A stretch of DNA of 64,000 nucleotides, taken from NCBI GenBank assembly GCA_030704615.1, contig CM060734.1:7688001-7752000 (forward strand), given 5' to 3'. A program made the position numbers and the translations under genes. Positions 12,401 to 21,384 of this stretch are shown in pieces; within the stretch, counting starts at the first letter, position 1; each line of letters opens with the position of its first letter. Source of the DNA: Takakia lepidozioides (taxonomy: Eukaryota > Plantae > Bryophyta). The notes beneath the pieces were generated by a model that searched no databases, was not told the DNA's origin, and saw only the letters and a program-made list of their open reading frames with translations.

Positions 12401-14312
12401 ACCAGATCTTTGGAGACTCAGATACTCGCTTGTTGATGCACCTTGTCGGGCTGCTGCCTTGGCTGTGTCTGCAACTACGGAAAGGGGAGAACCCCCTGCC
12501 CCCAGCAGGCTTCGACTCCCCACTGCAGCAGCAGTTGCATAAAGCTCGCTCTGTAGCAGCAAATATCTCTCAGTGGTGTGCGGCAAAACAGTTGGATGAT
12601 TTAGCTACAGTGTTTTCTGCATATGCCGAAGGCCGGGCAACTACTATGGAGGATTTGTTGGACCGGGTAGCCCCACTGCTTTGTGTGGAATGGTTTCCCC
12701 GGCATTCAGCCTTGGCCTTTGGGCATTTGCTTCGCCTACTGGAGAAAGGCCCAGTTGAGTATCAACGAGTCATTCTACTCATGCTGCAGGCACTTCTGCA
12801 GCACACACCCATGGATACTGCTAAAAGCCCACAGGTACAATTTTTCTCTCTTTTGATTAGATTGAGTGGACGTTCCTCAACGATGGCACAATCTTACTTG
12901 AGGAGTGGAATGTCTGGCTTTCTTTGAAGGATGGGTATTCCCAGTCAACCCTTTGGATCACATGTTATGAGGACGAGCTGGTGGTACATATTACGTAGCA
13001 TGTAGAAGTATCACTTTTATTGTGTCAAACAGCATGTCACTTGTTCTGCTGTGATGCACATGTCCAAGAAGTTCAGCTCTGGAGTTGGGATGGTTTTTTT
13101 CTTAATGAAACCTCCACTGTTGCAGGTGTATGCAGCTGTCTCACAACTGGTAGAAAGCCCACTTTGCTGGGAGGCCTTGAATGTCTTGGAGGCAGTACTA
13201 CAGAGCTGCAGCACACTGGGGAGCTTCCAAGCGGAGACAGTTACCCCAGTTGTCCCCCAAGAGAATGGGGGAAGTGTAAGTGGGCCGCCCATTATCCTGC
13301 GCCCTGATGATGACACTGCAGAGAGACCCCAGAGACCTGTATCGGCTCTTGTTTCACAAAGCTCTTTCAAATCTCGTAGCGGCACGCTTCATCACTCGTG
13401 GGCAGGTTCTGGTGGTCCCCCTTCTATCAGTGGAAGTATCACTGGAGCCACTGATGTCCTTCCATCCAGGTTGCTCAATGTCTTTGCTTTTCAGTTCTCA
13501 AGGCTTGTTGTCTCATGCTTTCCTTTGCCTCTTGAGATCTTTGAGCTTGGTGTGTACATTATAAAGTTTATTTCTTCTTTCTTTCTCTTTTGGTTTTCTC
13601 CTGGGCACGTTGTCTTTTCTCTTGTTGTTCGAATGTGTCCTGTGGTCATCCCATGGATGTAATTAATTTTCTTCCTTCCACTCATCTCTCAACTTTGTCC
13701 AATGGCCCCCTGTGGACGTTCTAAACCAAGTGAGCTGCCCCTAACCTCGTACGCTTCAAGACGTTTATCAACATTAGGATTAACCAAATCCTGCTGCCTT
13801 TGTTACTTGTCCGCCACATTCACCAGGAGTTTCAGAGTCCATAGACACAATCTTCAGACTGAGCCATGCAGATGGCTTTACACAGTGAGGATAGGCTTTG
13901 CCCAACATGCATCAGAATTCCTTTTTCCCAGCTACGTCGTATTAGATACTACCGCAGGTTCTGATTTTTTCTTGTTGATGGGTTGTTTTTATTGCTATAG
14001 AGGTGACCATACCTGTGTAACATTTCTTGTGGACTCTCAACAATTGGCCCTTTTGGATATGTACTTGAAAGCAGACTAAGGGGTTTGTTTGCACCTTGAT
14101 AAATATATGGAGAGTCTTTACAGCTCTGCATACCATAATCTGACTTTGGTGGTTTGACTCTCAGGGAGACTGCCCTGCAGAATACACAGCTGGCTCTTGG
14201 TCGTGTGCTAGACACCTATGGTCCAGGAAGGAAACGAGACTACAAGAGACTCGTGCCTTTTGTGGCCAGCAGTGTGCAGCTTGCAGCCAACTCAACTGGA
14301 AAGATGCACTGA
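3360..14312 (+). CDS. FRY: FURRY/TAO3/PAG1-like cell morphogenesis (MOR2-PAG1, ARM/HEAT scaffold) gene, 5'-incomplete; 13 coding exons in window
   Basis: Exons 3360-3461, 3678-4290, 5059-5687, 6546-6739, 7300-7522, 7919-8038, 8337-8593, 8979-9501, 9739-11358, 11572-11790, 11944-12834, 13126-13469, 14165-14312; all introns GT..AG; phases join into one open 5883-nt frame ending in TGA. Motifs ([65 protein letters not shown]) match the plant FURRY homologue as recalled. N-terminal exons not seen in 1-3359. Confidence 0.93.
3678..4290 (+). CDS. FRY: FURRY-like exon ([12 protein letters not shown]...SSKTTI)
   Basis: gttgcag| acceptor, |gttgga donor; within ORF 3669-4322. Confidence 0.9.
4512..4640 (-). 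mobile_element. Short 3'-end LINE copy in FURRY intron
   Basis: tttactcacaagac..gtggccatagaccctgtgcccagtttggg..ccagtagtgggac. Confidence 0.7.
5059..5687 (+). CDS. FRY: FURRY-like exon (PATKEKSQG...VFEETG)
   Basis: ggcag| acceptor, |gtaggt donor; within ORF 5049-5798. Confidence 0.9.
5785..6416 (-). mobile_element. Internally deleted RTEX-like LINE copy in FURRY intron
   Basis: agaatgtactcat tail; translation fragments [25 protein letters not shown] and [12 protein letters not shown]. Confidence 0.75.
6546..6739 (+). CDS. FRY: FURRY-like exon ([10 protein letters not shown]...IQGA)
   Basis: ctgcag| acceptor, |gtgact donor. Confidence 0.88.
7300..7522 (+). CDS. FRY: FURRY-like exon ([10 protein letters not shown]...GSEGQI)
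   Basis: ttgcag| acceptor, |gtaagt donor. Confidence 0.88.
7919..8038 (+). CDS. FRY: FURRY-like exon ([10 protein letters not shown]...RPKWK)
   Basis: atgcag| acceptor, |gtaaaa donor. Confidence 0.88.
8337..8593 (+). CDS. FRY: FURRY-like exon ([10 protein letters not shown]...AHSD)
   Basis: atgcag| acceptor, |gtaatt donor. Confidence 0.88.
8979..9501 (+). CDS. FRY: FURRY-like exon ([10 protein letters not shown]...PACIDQ)
   Basis: tcacag| acceptor, |gtaagg donor. Confidence 0.9.
9739..11358 (+). CDS. FRY: FURRY-like large exon ([12 protein letters not shown]...DAIFFQ)
   Basis: tcgcag| acceptor, |gtttgc donor; 1620 nt within ORF 9700-11373. Confidence 0.93.
11572..11790 (+). CDS. FRY: FURRY-like exon (GDLREKWG...EILLTLQ)
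   Basis: tttcag| acceptor, |gtaagt donor. Confidence 0.9.
11944..12834 (+). CDS. FRY: FURRY-like exon ([10 protein letters not shown]...AKSPQ)
   Basis: ttgcag| acceptor, |gtacaa donor; within ORF 11896-12927. Confidence 0.92.
13126..13469 (+). CDS. FRY: FURRY-like exon ([11 protein letters not shown]...DVLPS)
   Basis: ttgcag| acceptor, |gttgct donor. Confidence 0.87.
14165..14312 (+). CDS. FRY: FURRY-like terminal exon ([16 protein letters not shown]...GKMH*)
   Basis: ctcag| acceptor; conserved C-terminal motif; TGA 14310-14312. Not in the ORF track (short). Confidence 0.87.
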
Positions 14313-15109
14313 AAGATGTATGCCTCTCTTCTGCGTTAACATCTTCACAAGGCTGGAGTACAAAGTTGCATATGTATGAAATGAGATATGGAGTACAAGT
14401 GGCTGGGGATGCCTACATTACCGATACAACTTTGAGGGTTTCACTATGGCTAATGGTGTGAAGGAGCTCTGTGTTGCACCTTCTGTTGTAACAGCATCTG
14501 GTCTATTATGATGTTGCAGGCCACAACAGAAAATCTCGATGCCACTGGGGAAACACTGGACACATTTTGTGAGGTTGGACTTCATGAATCCAGAATTCAA
14601 GAGCGTCTCAATCAGACAGCTACCTGGCATGGAGCACCAATCTGCTATCTACCTTCTCAAGGCCCTGTTATCCAGATTTTAAATGGATGAGGGAACTGTA
14701 TCGGCATTTATGAGGTGGGGAGCTTTTGCCTCAGCTGGAGTTCTCTTTCTACCAAATTTTGCCAGATCAACTGGTCCATGGTGATTTTTATACCTGGTTC
14801 TCAGATAGTTGAACACTCACAATCAGCTCAAGGGCACTTCAAGGTGGACTGTTCAAGTTGGGGCCACATATGTAGCTTTTATCCCCTTAAATCTGTCACT
14901 AGACCTGTGACCCTTTATTTATTGATAAGCCTTTCCTGGAACCCTATGCCCAAATCAAGGGCTCATTCTGCTGGGTATACTGGCTGGTTTCGTGCATTTA
15001 TTTTGTGTGCACTCTGGACTGGCCATCTAGTCAAGGACATCAGTGTCTATTGTCTCTGTATTGAGGAGCAGCTGGTAGCCTTGGTTCTCTCTCTCTCTCT
15101 CTCCCCTAC

Positions 15110-15482
15110 AGTATTCATTTTCTGATACACTGTCCGGGGTTCTCTCACCAAAGAGACGCTCTCTTCAAATCTATTAAGGGAATTGTGCCTGCTGTTTACC
15201 AACTTTGAAAGTCTCGAGGCTGAGCCAAAAGCCCAGGCCCTCCTGAGGCCTAGTTTTTGGGCAAATCACACACAGCAGATTGATGCTTGTGTGAAGGGAT
15301 TTCTAGAGGATATCTGGAAAACCCGGATTAATTCTTTATATGGAGGTAAGTCTTACTACCAACGTCAGCCCCTGACAGAGGTAGGTTCTGTCCCTTTTGT
15401 TCCCGCTCAAACTGGGCGCGGGGTCAATGGCCACAAGGCTACGGCAAACAACGTCTTATGAGTACAATCTCTCTCTCTCTCT
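15110..15482 (+). mobile_element. 5'-truncated RTEX-like LINE flanked by (CT)n on both sides
   Basis: [33 protein letters not shown]; tail ...tatgagtacaa(tc)n. Confidence 0.8.
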
Positions 15483-16059
15483 GCCCAGCCACAATGTTAT
15501 GGAAAACAATGTTTTATGAGTACATTCTCTAGCTGGGAGCTGGTTGATAAGGCCCGGGTGTTCTATTTTTTTTCTCTCCATAAGCTCTCTGAGCTTCTTG
15601 TTGATGACAAAGGATTGTTTTTCTCTCTCTTGCACATGGCACAGCCAGTATATCGCAGCGAACATGGAAGGATTGGCAGTCATCTTTTTGCTCTGTCTAA
15701 AGCTGTTGATTAGTGTGTTGAGAAGCAGCTGACTAAGGTTGATCACTGGTTGCAGGTAGTCCTATCTGATGGAGGTATTAAGCGCTTTGACGGTTTGCAA
15801 GAAGGTAATTCGGGAAGGCTCTCCCAGTCTAGTGATTTGCAGCGACTAGAATACTGATGTGCAAGATCTGAATGACTCCCTCTCCCCCCCCCCTTTCTCG
15901 CTTGCAGGCCACAAGAATATGGCAAGCTCCTCGACATTAGAACCATTCTTCCTCTGTCGAGTTACACACCAGGCACCACAGCAACCAGGTTATTGGGTAG
16001 CACTTGACCAGAAAGGTGTATGCAGTAGTCATTTCTTGTGTAGCATTGTTGAGAGAGGG

Positions 16060-17164
16060 AGAGGGAGAGAGAATGTATTCATAAGACGTTGTTTGCCGTA
16101 GCCTTGTGGCCATTGACCCCGCGCCCAGTTTGAGCGGAAATCAAAGGGACAGAACCTACCCTGTCAGGGGCTGACATTGGTAGTAAGACTTACCTTTATA
16201 CATAGAATTGATTCGGGTTTTCCAGATATCCGCTAGAAATCCTTTCACACAAGCATCAATCTGCTGTGTGTGATTTGCCCAAAAACTAGGCCTCAGAAGG
16301 GCCTGGGCTTTTGGCTCAGCCTCGAGACTTTCAAAGTTGGTAAACAGAGGTACAGGCACAATTCTCTTGATAGATTGGAGGAGAGCTTCTCTCCGGTGAG
16401 AGTACTTAGGACAGTGAATCAGAAAATGAATATTGTCTTCGGGTTGCCCACACAACGGGCAATTGCACTCTCCCTTTCCTTTCTGCTTCTGTTTACTGTT
16501 CAAAGGTAGGCTTCCTGCCCCGAGTTTAAATTTCAGTCTGGTGCCGAGAGTGGGTAGACCCTTGAGGTCATCCATGATATCCTCCCCCATGTCACAGACT
16601 GGAAACAGGTTCAGGGAAGTTTTCTGCCTAACTTCATTTGCATCAGACAATTTTCTGGTAACAGACATGGCTTTGGACACTACAGTCTCTATAGCCAGCA
16701 AGGTCAAGACTTGCGGGTCCAGATTCAGATCCTTGAGAATCTCTTCTACTCTCTTCTGCCAGGACTTAGCCTGTTTGACAGGGCGGTCCTGTTTCCAAGA
16801 TATAGAGTCGATTAACTTAGGGTATCTGGTGTTGGACATGTGTTGCAACTGACCCCACCATCTGACCTTGAATTCATCTCGTTGGGAGCTTAAGGAAGGG
16901 ATGCCAAACTCACCCTGAACAGCCACATTGGCTGTTTTGGAGCATGCTGACATGCACTCCTTAAGCACCCCCACTTGAATGGATTCTAGAGACTTAGCCT
17001 GGTTGGAGTTATCAACCCATATAGCAGATCCGTACTCCAAGGCAGGTCTAATAACGCGGCAAAGCAAGGTTTTCTTGACCTCAGCGTTAATCCCTCTGCA
17101 GTGGAAAAATTCAGTGAGACTCAGCGCTTTGCCCTTGCCAGTTTGAACAACTTTCTGGATATGT
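16060..17164 (-). mobile_element. 5'-truncated RTEX-like LINE: RT C-terminus plus CCHC zinc finger, open frame
   Basis: ORF 16156-17220: IRPALEYGSAIW (post-RT thumb), AVQGEFG, LGAGSLPL, CPLCGQPEDNIHFLIHCPKY; ~90-nt 3' UTR ending in a CT-rich tail. Clade assignment is from memory. Confidence 0.8.
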
Positions 17165-17316
17165 GGAGAGGGAGAGAGAATGTACTCATGATACGGCGTT
17201 TGCCATAGCCTTGTTGCCATAGGCCCCGTGCCCAGTTTGGGCGGAATAAAATGAAACAGACACTACCTTTGTGAGGGCTCACTCCAGTAGTGGGACATTC
17301 CTTGGTATAAACAACA
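17165..17316 (-). mobile_element. Short 3'-end LINE copy
   Basis: Same tail motif; abuts the 5' end of the long copy. Confidence 0.75.
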
Positions 17317-17545
17317 GAATGTACTCATAAGACGTTGTTTGCCGTAGCTTGGTACAAACAACAGAGAGAAAGAGAAAGAGAGAATTTACTCATAAGACTT
17401 CGTTTGCCGTAGCTTGGTACAAACAACAGAGAGAAAGAGAAAGAGAGAATTTACTCATAAGACTTCGTTTGCCGTAGCTTGGTACAAACAACAGAGAGAA
17501 AGAGAAAGAGAGAATTTACTCATAAGACTTCGTTTGCCATAGCCT
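17301..17545. repeat. 65-bp tandem repeat (~3.7 units) derived from LINE tail
   Basis: gccgtagctt recurs at 17341, 17406, 17471. Confidence 0.9.
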
Positions 17546-18857
17546 TGTGGCCAAAGAGCCCGCGCCCAGGGAAAGAGAGAGAGCGTAGGATGTCTACAGG
17601 GGTCCGCGCGAGAGAGAGATGTAACTGCTGCTACTGTGTCTGTGCAGGATGATCAATGAAGATATCAAGAGGGCATCCACACCTTTTTGTCCAAAGGATC
17701 TGTGTGAAGTGCTGCATCAAGTTTCAAAAGTCAGACTCTGTCCTTCTGACCAAACTAAGAGCATGAACAAGGTGGTTGGTTTGGTGTCTCTGGACTTTGT
17801 CACTAGGCCATTGGGGTTGTAAGTGGCTTGGCTTCTCCCTGCTTACACTGTCATTATGGTCCAGTGTACAAAGGAATGAACCATCCGAGATTCTGTAATT
17901 TTTGCCTTTAGATAACAGTGTTCGAGATTGTCTGTTAATAATACTAAATCAGACCAGCAGTTGGTCCATCGCCAATGCACAATGCTCACAGCTTGAGCCA
18001 CATAGCTTCTGTGGCCTAAAAGAATTGCGGCTAGGCTTAGGCTTGTCATCACAGCTGGTGTCAGGTGCTGGGACGGCTCAACCACCAGTAATGTTACTAG
18101 TAAATTGATCACTTAATTATTTTTTGGATGTGGCTAGTGCCGATGTAAATTCTAGATTCCAGATTTCAAGCTCTCAATTGTTTGGATTGTTGAAAGTACA
18201 TTGATTTTCCAGTGGTCAAGAGGGATATTGCTATACGTGGTAATTTAAATTCACTTTTATAAGTTGTACCTGTTCTTTTTGGACTGCATCATCGTGCATG
18301 AGGCTTAGAATGTCTGAGAGTTGTGAGACCACTTGCATGGAGGAGGTTCACATAGAAGTGACCAGGGGTCTACCTTTAGAGGATGTTTCAGGTACACCAA
18401 AGCAGGTGAAAATTAAGGCTTGATTAATATCGAACACCTGTATCATTTCTTCTTAGATGCTCTCCTAACGAGATGTTGCAGACCTGTTTTGCTTGCTGTC
18501 GTGATACTCTGGCTCTTGGGGTTGGATGTTACACTTTGCTGCATACTGGTTCCAAAGTCTTCACAGAGCTCTCTCGCGAGGTTATCATGGTCAAGCAACC
18601 TCCAGGTAGCCACAATCGAAGAATCAGCACCCTGCTTCTGCTGACATTAAAACATTTCTTGCTAGGCGTGTGTCACTATATTTGCTTGGAGGAAGTGATT
18701 TGGATATCTAAAAACTGTATTTGTGCTAACGTGCTAACAGTCAGAAGATTCGGTGAAGATCCCAATAAGAAGGCCATGTCCGAAGTAAGCTTCCGTGGGC
18801 TATCAAGTAAAAGCAAATCAAGACTACATCAACTGATACGTTGTTCAGAGAAAGTAC

Positions 18858-19612
18858 CAATGTTGGCCGGGTATGGCATCTTGACATGCATATCCGGCGG
18901 TTATTTGCAGGTTATGCACATGTGCCTAACCGGAAAGTGCAGCCCCGCAGGAACCGGCTATGGAAGGGAACCGGAAAAAAAATCGAGCTTCCTAACCGGC
19001 TAGAGAACCGGCATGGTGATTATAAGGGTGTTATACCCGGAGCAAATGTGGATGGCGTAGAGGCGGTTCTAGATAATACAAGTGTAAGGGTTAGTGATGG
19101 TAGTTATGAAATTACAATGTTGGGGAGATTAGGTGCACAACATTAATGAGAATGTCCAAGTAGGAAGTTAATTAGTTGGGCATTTGGCATTTGGCTAAGA
19201 CAATAGTTGTAAGTTGTAAGCTTAGTGTATTAGAGGGGCAGAGAGATAGATGACAGGGTTGAACGTTTGAACTTTGAACCCGAGACCCACAACCAATACT
19301 CTAGTGGCTTATCACCCGGCCACAGCCCTTTTGTGTATAGTTTTACACACATGCACAAAAATGCTAGAAAATGTAAAAATAAATAAAAGTGGATGAATCC
19401 CATAACCGGCATGGAACCGGCATTTTTTAAGATGGCATAACCAGCAGATTGAGAACCGGACAAAAAAAAATCCATGTGTTTATTGAGAACCTGTAACCGA
19501 GATGTTTTTCAAACCTATTGGTATACCCTGCCCCGGCCATCCATTTTTTTCAAAGAGTACGCCATAACCGGGACCGGGAGAGGGCTCAAAACATGGTACC
19601 CGGCCAACAGTG
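18858..19612. mobile_element. Non-autonomous hAT-like MITE
   Basis: TIRs caatgttggccgggta / tacccggccaacagtg; degenerate 8-bp TSD gaaagtac / gtaagtgc (6/8); many subterminal ACCGG motifs. Confidence 0.75.
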
Positions 19613-21384
19613 GTAAGTGCCTTCTCAGAGACTGTTATCGAACTGCATTTGTCAAGCGCTAGTGGGTTCTTCTATCCATGATAAACATTCTTTTTCAACA
19701 AAAGCGTCCACTGAAGTCATTTAGTACTGTGGGGAAAACTTTGTTTGGGTTGTTAGGTTGCTAGTTACTACGTTCCCTATGCGCGGCCTTTGCCTAGGAT
19801 CCTCTTCTCTATACACAGATGGGTAGTGTAGTTTAATTGAAGAGCAAGACTTTGAGGATGTGATCATATGGAATACTTTTTGACCACAAGCCCTGTCCCT
19901 GTTCCGCCCCCTCGCTGTCCCTGTCACACCCATAACAACATCAACGTGATGTTCTTCACTACGAGTTGTTAGGGGTGTTTTTGTTTTAATTTTACTATTT
20001 GCTTTTTAATAATATTTTTTATTTTTTTAATTATGTTTTCTCGTACGACCGCGGCACAGCAGACGCTCTTTCTCGGGCAGCGGTCGCTCAGATATAGTAT
20101 TCTTGTAAATCTTTTTCTCTCTTTTTTTTTCCAAGCGACCGCAGTAGCCGCCGCTCTTTCCGGTCGCCTGATTTGCTTTTTCAGCTTATAATATTTAAAT
20201 TATTTCTTTCCCGTAGGCTCTTTCCCGGGAGACCGTTGTCACAACGGTCATCCTGGATTTTATTGTTTTACTGAATATTTTGTTTTATTTTTAATTTAAC
20301 TGTCATTTTGTTTTCTTTATTTTGTCTGATCTATTTATTCTTGATACATAAAAATAAAAACTAAAAAGATAGAGAAGTCAGCCCTGGCGGCTGTTATTGA
20401 AGAAATAAAAGTGAGCGGTTCAATGACACAAAAAAAATCGAGACCGCCTATGCCTACCATCGTATTTCTTGACGTTGTCAAATCACTTCTGATGGGGCAT
20501 GATATGAAACGTTATGTATAGTCGAGTAAATTGTATGATATGGTACCTCTATTGGAGTGTTAATGGATATGAATTTGATATACCTCGGGGAGAGGGGAAA
20601 CAAACATTGATTCATTTTCAAGATGATACCTTTGTAAGAATATTGATTGATAAGAGTGTGACATGCCTTTGGTAGACCCACAAACATAGTTTCTACTTCT
20701 AGATGATACCTCTGTAAGAGTATTGACTGAAAATTTGTATACTATAATAATTTGGTATGGTCGCCGGTCGGATACAAAACTATTTTATGGTGGCATATCC
20801 ACCCTTGGTATCCTACGTACCTTGGATACCCCACTTTCTTCATAGGGCCCACCCCTACAAGGAGGCACTAGCTGCAAGGCGAAGTGGCTCTTACTTATGC
20901 CAAAGTGCTCTCTCTTTGTCTCTTTGTCTTATGGTGACCTAAAAATATAAATGATGACTCTCCATATGCAAAAGAGAAATCAGATAATAATTCATAGGTT
21001 GAATGAAAATACATTGTTTTACCAACAGTGGTTGTCTATGTTGCTTTCTATAAGATTAATTACATATAGGTACAGGTGAAATCTCATTTGTAATTTTTTA
21101 TTTTTTTTATTTTTCTGTATACTGTATATATATATATATTATGTGTATCTTGACTGATGTTATATTGAGTATATTGACCTATTTATTGCCTTGGTGATTA
21201 TATATGCTAAATATATATGTGTTGAAGAGGGACATCAAGAAAAGACTTCGGCCATAGCTGACGTAATTAAAAGCCACTTCACGTTGCGGCTTTTGCCTTT
21301 TTTCGAAGGTGAGAAAAAAAACTTGGAGATGCTTGGAATGATGACTGTTATAATAATGTTTGACGCCCATCATCAACTACTTTA

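Noticed and set aside
17301-17545. CRISPR-like direct repeats
   Set aside because: Whole units are identical and LINE-derived; no unique spacers
19970-20857. TAGGGGTG / CACCCCTA as hAT TIR pair
   Set aside because: Match is only 8 bp and flanks (cgagttgt / caaggagg) give no TSD
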